Assembly: GCA_040954595.2 (NCBI GenBank)
Contig: CM082584.2
Location: 792,281-856,280 of the forward strand
Source of the DNA: Balanoglossus misakiensis
Lineage: Eukaryota; Animalia; Hemichordata
Reading direction: 5' to 3'
DNA length: 64,000 nt
This document shows positions 1 through 12,800 of this stretch, one piece after another; the first letter of the stretch is position 1; each line of letters starts with the position of its first letter. A program made the position numbers and the translations under genes. Below the pieces are notes generated by a model. It searched no databases. It saw only the letters and a program-made list of their open reading frames with translations, and was not told the origin of the DNA.

Positions 1-277
1 CCCTGTCGACTAGTCTCCTCTTTGCATCTAATTTCTGCATTTTCTCTCTGTACTGAGCTACCTCTTCCTCACGTCTACGCTTTCTCTCTCTTGCCCATGC
101 CCCTAGCTTGTATCTATTCTCTGACTTGCTCTTAACCTTTTCTGGCAGTGTCTTTGCAGCTAACTCAGCATCTAACAGCTGTTGAAGTTGTATGTCTCTA
201 GCTATTTCTCTGGCTTTTTTTTGTTGGACTGCATACTGCCCGATGTCAAAATGGTTTGTCCTTTTCCTGTTAGGCAT
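1..277 (-). CDS. 5' part of an unidentified charged/helical protein (MPNRKRTNHFDIGQYAVQQKKAREIARD...), running off the left window edge
   Basis: 92 codons without a stop from ATG at 277 (context AAATCATGC). A pyrimidine tract and AG acceptor sit at 333-334. Absent from the ORF track because it is truncated by the window edge. Confidence 0.65.
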   Translation of the reverse strand, partial: MPNRKRTNHFDIGQYAVQQKKAREIARDIQLQQLLDAELAAKTLPEKVKSKSENRYKLGAWARERKRRREEEVAQYREKMQKLDAKRRLVDR

Positions 278-1181
278 GATTTGAGTTATATCCAGAGCAC
301 AGCTGGGATGGAGTTACACAATGGAGCATTTCCTAAATGTGAATAAATGTGAAAAGTTGTAGAAAACATAAAAGGTCATCTAGAAAGCTGTTTCAGTCAA
401 ACAGTTCCAAACAGACAGTATTTAATGACGCTACAGAAGACCTGATGATATAAAAGACTGTGTATTTTGCGAAGTACTGGCATACTGTTGCAAGTACCGG
501 AACATTGATTGAGTATAATCAGCTGCAATCTACGTATATTGCGCGTGGACGCAGTTCCTTCTGTGTGCGTCTGCTTTGCCTAAACGCTGTACGCGCGCGG
601 CGTTCAAAGCGCTGTCGCAAGAACTCTCTCGTTCAAAATATTTACTCTTACATTTTAGAACGAAAATGATATATCAACATGTTATATAGATATCAAGGAA
701 CAATCTGCTCGTTTTGGTTTTTTAGGTTCACGCTTCAAACTCGAGAAATCTGCCGATATGTTTTGCCTGACGGTCGACATTTGCGTAGCTGTGCCATTGT
801 AATCAATGGTAGAGCGACGCGCAGGCAGAACGCGCCAAACTCGATGAATTTCTGCTTGGATCAATTTCTACATATGACCTTTTTGGGGATAGAAAATCAA
901 AACACTGAGTTACAAACGTCTTAGGAACACTCTCATGGTTTTGAAATTTTGAATAATGCATTAAGATTTGATTTTTTCGGCCGTTTTTCTGTCTTGGTTG
1001 TGGTTGCTATGTTCTTTGTTTACATAGTTACCAATGATAGCGATTTGAAACCAGGTCAGATTTTCAGTGAAATTAAATGAATAGAAATCAGAGAATGATG
1101 ACAATACTAGCTTAAGACCTTAAAGAATATGATAACGTGATGTAAACATTATAAATGCGTTTAATGTCTTGTAATACTTAC

Positions 1182-1300
1182 CGGCATTTTCATGTTGTTG
1201 TAACTGGCGAACGTTCCATTGCCGGTAACAAATCGCCTCATACATTATTCATGAGGCCATGAAAGTAGGGACGGAAATATCAGACAAAGATGGCGCACAC
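1182..1300 (-). promoter_or_regulatory. Putative non-coding first exon/promoter of the left-edge gene
   Basis: GTAAGTA donor at 1181-1175 on the minus strand. ETS-like ACGGAAAT and YY1-like AAGATGGCG motifs at ~1271-1296. Confidence 0.4.
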
Positions 1301-1311
1301 TGGGCTGTAGT

Positions 1312-4300
1312 GCAGAGCTAGTGGTCAGTGTCGTGCCAATCAATTTTGAGTGTTTGGTGGGGTCAACATATGCGTCAACATTGATTAGTCAGGCCATGCA
1401 GAGCTAGTGGCCAGTGTCGTGCCCATCAATTTTGAGTGTTTGGTGGGGTCAACATTTGCGTCAACATTGATTAGCCAGGCCATGCAGAGCTAGTGGCCAG
1501 TGTCGTGCCCATCAATTTTGAGTGTTTGGCGGGGTCAACCTTTGCGTCAACCTTGATTAGCCAGGCCATGCAGAGCTAGTGGCCAGTGTCGTGCCCATCA
1601 ATTTTGAGTGTTTGGTGGGGTCAACCTTTGCGTCAACATTGATTAGCCAGGCCAGGCAGAGCTAGTGGCCAGTGTCGTGCCCATTAATTTTGAGTGTTTG
1701 GTGGGGTCAACCTTTGCGTCAACATTGATTAGCCAGCCCAGAGCTAGTGGCCAGTGTCGTGCCCATTAATTTTGAGTGTTTGGTGGGGTCAACCTTTGCG
1801 TCAACATTGATTAGCCAGCCCAGAGCTAGTGGCCAGTGTCGTGCCCATTAATTTTGAGTGTTTGGTGGGGTCAACCTTTGCGTCAACATTGATTAGCCAG
1901 CCCAGAGCTAGTGGCCAGTGTCGTGCCCATCAATTTTGAGTGTTTGGTGGGGTCAACCCTTGCGTCAACATTGATTAGCCAGGCCAGAGCTAGTGGCCAG
2001 TGTCGTGCCCATCAATTTTGAGTGTTTGGTGGGGTCAACCCTTGCGTCAACATTGATTAGCCAGGCCAGAGCTAGTGGCCAGTGTCGTGCCCATCAATTT
2101 TGAGTGTTTGGTGGGGTCAACCTTTGCGTCAACATTGATTAACCAGGCCATGCAGAGCTAGTGGCCAGTGTCGTGCCCAATAATTTTGAGTGTTTGGTGG
2201 GGTCAACCTTTGCGTCAACATTGATTAACCAGGCCATGCAGAGCTAGTGGCCAGTGTCGTGCCCATTAATTTTGAGTGTTTGGTGGCGTCGACCTTTGCG
2301 TCAACATTGATTAACCAGGCCATGCAGAGCTAGTGGCCAGTGTCGTGCCCATTAATTTTGAGTGTTTGGTGGCGTCAACCTCTGCGTCAACATTGATTAA
2401 CCAGGCCATGCAGAGCTAGTGGCCAGTGTCGTGCCCATCAATTTTGAGTGTTTGGTGGGGTCAACCTTTGCGTCAACATTGATTAACCAGGCCATGCAGA
2501 GCTAGTGGCCAGTGTCGTGCCCATCAATTTTGAGTGTTTGGTGGGGTCAACCTTTGCGTCAACATTGATTAACCAGGCCATGCAGAGCTAGTGGCCAGTG
2601 TCGTGCCCATCAATTTTGAGTGTTTGGTGGGGTCAACATTTGCGTCAACATTGATTAGCCAGGCCATGCAGAGCTAGTGGCCAGTGTCGTGCCCATTAAT
2701 TTTGAGTGTTTGGTGGGGTCAACCTTTGCGTCAACATTGATTAGCCAGCCCAGAGCTAGTGGCCAGTGTCGTGCCCATCAATTTTGAGTGTTTGGTGGGG
2801 TCAACCCTTGCGTCAACATTGATTAGCCAGGCCAGAGCTAGTGGCCAGTGTCGTGCCCATCAATTTTGAGTGTTTGGTGGGGTCAACCCTTGCGTCAACA
2901 TTGATTAGCCAGGCCAGAGCTAGTGGCCAGTGTCGTGCCCATCAATTTTGAGTGTTTGGTGGGGTCAACATTTGCGTCAACATTGATTAGCCAGGCCAGA
3001 GCTAGTGGCCAGTGTCGTGCCCATCAATTTTGACTGTTTGGTGGGGTCAACCCTTGCGTCAACATTGATTAGCCAGGCCAGAGCTAGTGGCCAGTGTCGT
3101 GCCCATCAATTTTGAGTGTTTGGTGGGGTCAACCTTTGCGTCAACATTGATTAGCCAGGCCAGAGGTTAGTGGCCAGTGTCGTTCCCATCAATTTTGAGT
3201 GTTTGGTGGGGTCAACCCTTGCGTCAACCTTGATTAGCCAGCCAGAGCTAGTGGCCAGTGTCGTGCCCATCAATTATGAGTGTTTGGTGGTGTCAACCCT
3301 TGCGTCAACATTGATTAGCCAGGCCAGAGCTTAGTGGCCAGTGTCGCGTGTATTAATTTTGAGTGTTTGGTGGGGTCAACCCTTGCGTCAACCTTGAGTA
3401 GCCAGGCCAGAGCTAGTGGCCAGTGTAGTGCCCATCAATTTTGAGTGTTTGGTGGGGTCAACCCTTGCGTCAACATTGATTAGCCAGGCCAGAGCTTAGT
3501 GGCCAGTGTCGCGCGTATTAATTTTGAGTGTTTGCTGGGGTCAACCCTTGCGTCAACATTGATTAGCCAGGCCAGAGCTAGTGGCCAGTGTCGTGCCCAT
3601 CAATTTTGAGTGTTTGGTGGGGTCAACCCTTGCGTCAACATTGATTAGCCAGGCCAGAGCTAGTGGCCAGTGTCGCGCCCATTAAATTTGAGTGTTTGGT
3701 TGGGTCAACCCTTGCGTCAACCTTGATTAGCCAGGCCAGATCTAGTGGCCAGTGTCGCGCCCATTAATTTTGAGTGTTTGGTGGGGTCAACCCTTGCGTC
3801 AACCTTGATTAGCCAGGCCAGAGCTAGTGGCCAGTGTCGCGCCCATCAATTTTGAGTGTTTGGTGGGGTCAACCCTTGCGTCAACATTGATTAGCCATGC
3901 CAGAGCTTAGTGGCCAGTGTCGCGCCCATTAATTTTGAGTGTTTGGTGGAGTCAACCTTTGCGTCAACCTTGATTAGCCAGGCCATGCAGAGCTAGTGGC
4001 CAGTGTCGTGCCCATCAATTTTGAGTGTTTGGTGGGGTCAACCTTTGCGTCAACCTTGATTAGCCAGGCCAGAGCTAGTGGCCAGTGTCGTGCCCATCAA
4101 TTTTGAGTGTTTGGTGGGGTCAACCTTTGCATCAACCTTGATTAGCCAGGCCTTGATTAGCCAGGCCATGCAGAGCTAGTGGCCAGTGTCGTGCCCATCA
4201 ATTTTGAGTGTTTGGTGGGGTCAACCTTTGCGTCAACCTTGATTAGCCAGGCCATGCAGAGCTAGTGGCCAGTGTCGTGCCCATCAATTTTGAGTGTTTT

Positions 4301-7300
4301 TGTGGGGTCAACCTTTGCGTCAACCTTGATTAGCCAGGCCATGCAGAGCTAGTGGCCAGTGTCGTGCCCATCAATTTTGAGTGTTTGGTGGGGTCAACCT
4401 TTGCGTCAACCTTGATTAGCCAGGCCAGAGCTAGTGGCCAGTGTCGTGCCCATCAATTTTGAGTGTTTGGTGGGGTCAACCTTTGCGTCAACCTTGATTA
4501 GCCAGGCCTTGATTAGCCAGGCCATGCAGAGCTAGTGGCCAGTGTCGTGCCCATCAATTTTGAGTGTTTGGTGGAGTCAACCTTTGCGTCAACCTTGATT
4601 AGCCAGGCCATGCAGAGCTAGTGGCCAGTGTCGTGCCCATCAATTTTGAGTGTTTTTGTTGGGTCAACCTTTGCCTCAACCTTGATTAGCCAGGCCATGC
4701 AGAGCTAGTGGCCAGTGTCGTGCCCATCAATTTTGAGTGTTTGGTGGGGTCAACCTTTGCGTCAACCTTGATTAGCCAGGCCATGCAGAGCTAGTGGCCA
4801 GTGTCGTGCCCATCAATTTTGAGTGTTTGGTGGGGTCAACCTTTGCGTCAACCTTGATTAGCCAGGCCATGCAGAGCTAGTGGCCAGTGTCGTGCCCATT
4901 AATTTTTTAGTGTTTGGTGGGGTCAACCTTTGCGTCAACATTGATTAGCCAGCCCAGAGCTAGTGGCCAGTGTCGTGCCCATTAATTTTGAGTGTTTGGT
5001 GGGGTCAACCTTTGCGTCAACATTGATTAGCCAGCCCAGAGCTAGTGGCCAGTGTCGTGCCCATTAATTTTGAGTGTTTGGTGGGGTCAACCTTTGCGTC
5101 AACATTGATTAGCCAGGCCAGGCAGAGCTAGTGGCCAGTGTCGTGCCCATTAATTTTGAGTGTTTGGTGGGGTCAACCTTTGCGTCAACATTGATTAGCC
5201 AGCCCAGAGCTAGTGGCCAGTGTCGTGCCCATTAATTTTGAGTGTTTGGTGGGGTCAACCTTTGCGTCAACCTTGATTAGCCAGGCCAGAGCTAGTGGCC
5301 AGTGTCGTGCCCATCAATTTTGAGTGTTTGGTGGGGTCAACCTTTGCGTCAACCTTGATTAGCCAGGCCTTGATTAGCCAGGCCATGCAGAGCTAAAGGC
5401 CAGTGTCGTGCCCATCAATTTTGAGTGTTTGGTGGGGTCAATCTTTGCGTCAACCTTGATTAGCCAGGCCATGCAGAGCTAGTGGCCAGTGTCGTGCCCA
5501 TCAATTTTGAGTGTTTGGTGGGGTCAACCTTTGCGTCAACCTTGATTAGCCAGGCCATGCAGAGCTAGTGGCCAGTGTCGTGCCCATCAATTTTGAGTGT
5601 TTGGTGGGGTCAACCTTTGCGTCAACCTTGATTAGCCAGGCCATGCAGAGCTAGTGGCCAGTGTCGTGCCCATCAATTTTGAGTGTTTGGTGGGGTCAAC
5701 CTTTGCGTCAACATTGATTAGCCAGGCCATGCAGAGCTAGTGGCCAGTGTCGTGCCCATCAATTTTGAGTGTTTGGTGGGGTCAACCTTTGCGTCAACAT
5801 TGATTAGCCAGGCCATGCAGAGCTAGTGGCCAGTGTCGTGCCCATCAATTTTGAGTGTTTGGTGGGGTCAATCTTTGCGTCAACCTTGATTAGCCAGGCC
5901 ATGCAGAGCTAGTGGCCAGTGTCGTGCCCATCAATTTTGAGTGTTTGGTGGGGTCAACCTTTGCGTCAACCTTGATTAGCCTGGCCATGCAGAGCTAGTG
6001 GCCTGTGTCGTGCCCATCAATTTTGAGTGTTTTTGTGGGGTCAACCTTTGCGTCAACCTTGATTAGCCAGGCCATGCAGAGCTAGTGGCCAGTGTCGTGC
6101 CCATCAATTTTGAGTGTTTGGTGGGGTCAACCTTTGCGTCAACCTTGATAAGCCAGGCCATGCAGAGCTAGTGGCCAGTGTCGTGCCCATCAATTTTGAG
6201 TGTTTGGTGGGGTCAACCTTTGCGTCAACCTTGATTAACCAGGCCATGCAGAGCTAGTGGCCAGTGTCGTGCCCATCAATTTTGAGTGTTTGGTGGGGTC
6301 AACCTTTGCGTCAACATTGATTAAACAGGCCATGCAGAGCTAGTGGCCAGTGTCGTGCCCATCAATTTTGAGTGTTTGGTGGGGTCAACCTTTGCGTCAA
6401 CATTGATTAGCCAGGACATGCAGAGCTAGTGGCCAGTGTCGTGCCCATCAATTTTGAGTGTTTGGTGGGGTCAACCTTTGCGTCAACATTGATTAGCCAG
6501 GCCATGCAGAGCTAGTGGCCAGTGTCGTGCCCATCAATTTTGAGTGTTTGGTGGGGTCAACCTTTGCGTCAACCTTGATTAGCCAGGCCATGCAGAGCTA
6601 GTGGCCAGTGTCGTGCCCATCAATTTTGAGTGTTTGGTGGGGTCAACCTTTGCGTCAACCCTGATTAACCAGGCCATGCAGAGCTAGTGGCCAGTGTCGT
6701 GCCCATCAATTTTGAGTGTTTGGTGAGGTCAACCTTTGCGTCAACATTGATTAACCAGGCCATGCAGAGCTAGTGGCCAGTGTCGTGCCCATTAATTTTG
6801 AGTGTTTGGTGGGGTCAACCTTTGCGTCAACATTGATTAGCCAGGCCAGGCAGAGCTAGTGGCCAGTGTCGTGCCCATTAATTTTGAGTGTTTGGTGGGG
6901 TCAACCTTTGCGTCAACATTGATTAGCCAGCCCAGAGCTAGTGGCCAGTGTCGTGCCCATTAATTTTGAGTGTTTGGTGGGGTCAACCTTTGCGTCAACC
7001 TTGATTAGCCAGGCCAGAGCTAGTGGCCAGTGTCGTGCCCATCAATTTTGAGTGTTTGGTGGGGTCAACCTTTGCGTCAACCTTGATTAGCCAGGCCTTG
7101 ATTAGCCAGGCCATGCAGAGCTAGTGGCCAGTGTCGTGCCCATCAATTTTGTGTGTGTGTTTGGTGGGGTCAATCTTTGCGTCAACCTTGATTAGCCAGG
7201 CCATGCAGAGCTAGTGGCCAGTGTCGTGCCCATCAATTTTGAGTGTTTGGTGGAGTCAACCTTTGCGTCAACCTTGATTAGCCAGGCCATGCAGAGCTAG

Positions 7301-10300
7301 TGGCCAGTGTCGTGCCCATCAATTTTGAGTGTTTGGTGGGGTCAACCTTTGCGTCAACCTTGATTAGCCAGGCCATGCAGAGCTAGTGGCCAGTGTCGTG
7401 CCCATCAATTTTGAGTGTTTGGTGGGGTCAACCTTTGCGTCAACATTGATTAGCCAGGCCATGCAGAGCTAGTGGCCAGTGTCGTGCCCATCAATTTTGA
7501 GTGTTTGGTGGGGTCAACCTTTGCGTCAACATTGATTAGCCAGGCCATGCAGAGCTAGTGGCCAGTGTCGTGCCCATCAATTTTGAGTGTTTGGTGGGGT
7601 CAATCTTTGCGTCAACCTTGATTAGCCAGGCCATGCAGAGCTAGTGGCCAGTGTCGTGCCCATCAATTTTGAGTGTTTGGTGGGGTCAACCTTTGCGTCA
7701 ACCTTGATTAACCAGGCCATGCAGAGCTAGTGGCCAGTGTCGTGCCCATCAATTTTGAGTGTTTGGTGGGGTCAACCTTTGCGTCAACATTGATTAAACA
7801 GGCCATGCAGAGCTAGTGGCCAGTGTCGTGCCCATCAATTTTGAGTGTTTGGTGGGGTCAACCTTTGCGTCAACATTGATTAGCCAGGCCATGCAGAGCT
7901 AGTGGCCAGTGTCGTGCCCATCAATTTTGAGTGTTTGGTGGGGTCAACCTTTGCGTCAACATTGATTAGCCAGGCCATGCAGAGCTAGTGGCCAGTGTCG
8001 TGCCCATCAATTTTGAGTGTTTGGTGGGGTCAACCTTTGCGTCAACCTTGATTAGCCAGGCCATGCAGAGCTAGTGGCCAGTGTCGTGCCCATCAATTTT
8101 GAGTGTTTGGTGGGGTCAACCTTTGCGTCAACCCTGATTAACCAGGCCATGCAGAGCTAGTGGCCAGTGTCGTGCCCATCAATTTTGAGTGTTTGGTGAG
8201 GTCAACCTTTGCGTCAACATTGATTAACCAGGCCATGCAGAGCTAGTGGCCAGTGTCGTGCCCATTAATTTTGAGTGTTTGGTGGGGTCAACCTTTGCGT
8301 CAACATTGATTAGCCAGGCCAGGCAGAGCTAGTGGCCAGTGTCGTGCCCATTAATTTTGAGTGTTTGGTGGGGTCAACCTTTGCGTCAACATTGATTAGC
8401 CAGCCCAGAGCTAGTGGCCAGTGTCGTGCCCATTAATTTTGAGTGTTTGGTGGGGTCAACCTTTGCGTCAACCTTGATTAGCCAGGCCAGAGCTAGTGGC
8501 CAGTGTCGTGCCCATCAATTTTGAGTGTTTGGTGGGGTCAACCTTTGCGTCAACCTTGATTAGCCAGGCCTTGATTAGCCAGGCCATGCAGAGCTAGTGG
8601 CCAGTGTCGTGCCCATCAATTTTGAGTGTTTGGTGGGGTCAATCTTTGCGTCAACCTTGATTAGCCAGGCCATGCAGAGCTAGTGGCCAGTGTCGTGCCC
8701 ATCAATTTTGAGTGTTTGGTGGGGTCAACCTTTGCGTCAACCTTGATTAGCCAGGCCATGCAGAGCTAGTGGCCAGTGTCGTGCCCATCAATTTTGAGTG
8801 TTTGGTGGGGTCAACCTTTGCGTCAACCTTGATTAGCCAGGCCATGCAGAGCTAGTGGCCAGTGTCGTGCCCATCAATTTTGAGTGTTTGGTGGGGTCAA
8901 CCTTTGCGTCAACATTGATTAGCCAGGCCATGCAGAGCTAGTGGCCAGTGTCGTGCCCATCAATTTTGAGTGTTTGGTGGGGTCAACCTTTGCGTCAACA
9001 TTGATTAGCCAGGCCATGCAGAGCTAGTGGCCAGTGTCGTGCCCATCAATTTTGAGTGTTTGGTGGGGTCAACCTTTGCGTCAACCTTGATTAGCCTGGC
9101 CATGCAGAGCTAGTGGCCTGTGTCGTGCCCATCAATTTTGAGTGTTTTTGTGGGGTCAACCTTTGCGTCAACCTTGATTAGCCAGGCCATGCAGAGCTAG
9201 TGGCCAGTGTCGTGCCCATCAATTTTGAGTGTTTGGTGGGGTCAACCTTTGCGTCAACCTTGATAAGCCAGGCCATGCAGAGCTAGTGGCCAGTGTCGTG
9301 CCCATCAATTTTGAGTGTTTGGTGGGGTCAACCTTTGCGTCAACCTTGATTAACCAGGCCATGCAGAGCTAGTGGCCAGTGTCGTGCCCATCAATTTTGA
9401 GTGTTTGGTGGGGTCAACCTTTGCGTCAACATTGATTAAACAGGCCATGCAGAGCTAGTGGCCAGTGTCGTGCCCATCAATTTTGAGTGTTTGGTGGGGT
9501 CAACCTTTGCGTCAACATTGATTAGCCAGGCCATGCAGAGCTAGTGGCCAGTGTCGTGCCCATCAATTTTGAGTGTTTGGTGGGGTCAACCTTTGCGTCA
9601 ACCTTGATTAGCCAGGCCATGCAGAGCTAGTGGCCAGTGTCGTGCCCATCAATTTTGAGTGTTTGGTGGGGTCAACCTTTGCGTCAACCCTGATTAACCA
9701 GGCCATGCAGAGCTAGTGGCCAGTGTCGTGCCCATCAATTTTGAGTGTTTGGTGGGGTCAACCTTTGCGTCAACCCTGATTAACCAGGCCATGCAGAGCT
9801 AGTGGCCAGTGTCGTGCCCATCAATTTTGAGTGTTTGGTGGGGTCAACCTTTGCGTCAACATTGATTAGCCAGGCCATGCAGAGCTAGTGGCCAGTGTCG
9901 TGCCCATCAATTTTGAGTGTTTGGTGGGGTCAACCTTTGCGTCAACCTTGATTAGCCAGGCCATGCAGAGCTAGTGGCCAGTGTCGTGCCCATCAATTTT
10001 GAGTGTTTGGTGGGGTCAACCTTTGCGTCAACCTTGATTAGCCAGGCCATGCAGAGCTAGTGGCCAGTGTCGTGCCCATCAATTTTGAGTGTTTGGTGGG
10101 GTCAACCTTTGCGTCAACCCTGATTAACCAGGCCATGCAGAGCTAGTGGCCAGTGTCGTGCCCATCAATTTTGAGTGTTTGGTGGGGTCAACCTTTGCGT
10201 CAACATTGATTAACCAGGCCATGCAGAGCTAGTGGCCAGTGTCGTGCCCATCAATTTTGAGTGTTTGGTGGGGTCAACCTTTGCGTCAACATTGATTAAC

Positions 10301-12122
10301 CAGGCCATGCAGAGGTAGTGGCCAGTGTCGTGCCCATCAATTTTGAGTGTTTGGTGGGGTCAACCTTTGCGTCAACATTGATTAACCAGGCCATGCAGAG
10401 CTAGTGGCCAGTGTCGTGCCCATCAATTTTGAGTGTTTGGTGGGGTCAACCTTTGCGTCAACATTGATTAACCAGGCCATGCAGAGCTAGTGGCCAGTGT
10501 CGTGCCCATCAATTTTGAGTGTTTGGTGGGGTCAACCTTTGCGTCAACATTGATTAACCAGGCCATGCAGAGCTAGTGGCCAGTGTCGTGCCCATCAATT
10601 TTGAGTGTTTGGTGGGGTCAACCTTTGCGTCAACATTGATTAACCAGGCCATGCAGAGCTAGTGGCCAGTGTCGTGCCCATCAATTTTGAGTGTTTGGTG
10701 GGGTCAACCTTTGCGTCAACATTGATTAACCAGGCCATGCAGAGCTAGTGGCCAGTGTCGTGCCCATCAATTTTGAGTGTTTGGTGGGGTCAACCTTTGC
10801 GTCAACATTGATTAACCAGGCCATGCAGAGCTAGTGGCCAGTGTCGTGCCCATCAATTTTGAGTGTTTGGTGGGGTCAACCTTTGCGTCAACATTGATTA
10901 ACCAGGCCATGCAGAGCTAGTGGCCAGTGTCGTGCCCATCAATTTTGAGTGTTTGGTGGGGTCAACCTTTGCGTCAACATTGATTAACCAGGCCATGCAG
11001 AGCTAGTGGCCAGTGTCGTGCCCATCAATTTTGAGTGTTTGGTGGGGTCAACCTTTGCGTCAACATTGATTAACCAGGCCATGCAGAGCTAGCGGCCAGT
11101 GTCGTGCCCATCAATTTTGAGTGTTTGGTGGGGTCAACCTTTGCGTCAACATTGATTAACCAGGCCATGCAGAGCTAGCGGCCAGTGTCGTGCCCATTAA
11201 TTTTGAGTGTTTGGTGGGGTCAACCTTTGCGTCAACATTGATTAACCAGGCCATGCAGAGCTAGTGGCCAGTGTCGTGCCCATTAATTTTGAGTGTTTGG
11301 TGGGGTCAACCTTTGCGTCAACATTGATTAACCAGGCCATGCAGAGCTAGCGGCCAGTGTCGTGCCCATCAATTTTGAGTGTTTGGTGGGGTCAACCTTT
11401 GCGTCAACATTGATTAACCAGGCCATGCAGAGCTAGCGGCCAGTGTCGTGCCCATTAATTTTGAGTGTTTGGTGGGGTCAACCTTTGCGTCAACATTGAT
11501 TAACCAGGCCATGCAGAGCTAGTGGCCAGTGTCGTGCCCATTAATTTTGAGTGTTTGGTGGGGTCAACCTTTGCGTCAACATTGATTAACAGGCCATGCA
11601 GAGCTAGCGGCCAGTGTCGTGCCCATCAATTTTGAGTGTTTGGTGGGGTCAACCTTTGCGTCAACATTGATTAACCAGGCCATGCAGAGCTAGCGGCCAG
11701 TGTCGTGCCCATCAATTTTGAGTGTTTGGTGGGGTCAACCTTTGCGTCAACATTGATTAACCAGGCCATGCAGAGCTAGCGGCCAGTGTCGTGCCCATCA
11801 ATTTTGAGTGTTTGGTGGGGTCAACCTTTGCGTCAACATTGATTAACCAGGCCATGCAGAGCTAGCGGCCAGTGTCGTGCCCATTAATTTTGAGTGTTTG
11901 GTGGGGTCAACCTTTGCGTCAACATTGATTAACCAGGCCATGCAGAGCTAGTGGCCAGTGTCGTGCCCATTAATTTTGAGTGTTTGGTGGGGTCAACCTT
12001 TGCGTCAACATTGATTAACCAGGCCATGCAGAGCTAGTGGCCAGTGTCGTGCCCATTAATTTTGAGTGTTTGGTGGGGTCAACCTTTGCGTCAACATTGA
12101 TTAACCAGGCCATGCAGAGCTA
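1312..12122. repeat. Satellite DNA array, ~125-130 monomers of 86 bp (81/82-bp variants)
   Basis: Monomer GCAGAGCTAGTGGCCAGTGTCGTGCCCATCAATTTTGAGTGTTTGGTGGGGTCAACCTTTGCGTCAACATTGATTAGCCAGGCCAT repeated head-to-tail (e.g. starts at 1312, 1398, 1484). No unique spacers and no ORFs of 60 aa or more. Confidence 0.99.
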
Positions 12123-12129
12123 CATGTAT

Positions 12130-12800
12130 GTTGCCTGTAAGGCACACATCTCCAATTGGTACATTGGGCCTATCATACTGTACATGTACAACTAGGAAAA
12201 TGTACTTCATCATATTTCCATATTCAGCAGCTTCAAGAACATGTTGCCTTCTCTATATGAATGTTTAGACTAAAAAGAAGTATAAGAAGAATAAAGTTGT
12301 CCAATTATTGTTGGCAGGGGGTGGGGTGTGTGCTCCCATACAAATGTATATGGGTATGTACTCTTTAAGAAAAACCTTCATATGCAAGAGAAAAATGGTA
12401 AATGACAAAGAAAATTTGACTGGTATTACAATAGGTCGGGTTTTTGGCATTTACACATATTGATGTTTTCAACCGGGAAGCACACTACGTGCTGAAAATA
12501 ATTGGAGACCTCTCGCCCGCGGTGTCGGCCAGTGGCCACATACATTTCCAGTCCTAAATCTTGCATCAGTTCTGTGGTGCGGATTAAGAAATAAGATTGG
12601 CGCTACAATATGCCCACTTAGTTTGAAATGGATTCTGCATATACATGTAAACACATTGAAAATGAGATATTACACATATAATCATGGGACAAGAAGGGCA
12701 AAAATTAAATTATCCAGCAGGTGTTCGAATTATGCAAATTAGAACAGTTGTCTAATATTGCCATGTCAACCACGTTGAAATTGTTTTAGGTACCCATATT
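12130..12800 (-). mobile_element. Internal fragment of the Academ-like element family
   Basis: Diverged reverse-complement copy of ~37062-37815. Confidence 0.75.

Noticed and set aside
1312-12122. CRISPR array
   Set aside because: Whole monomers repeat with no unique spacers, there are no cas genes and the context is eukaryotic.
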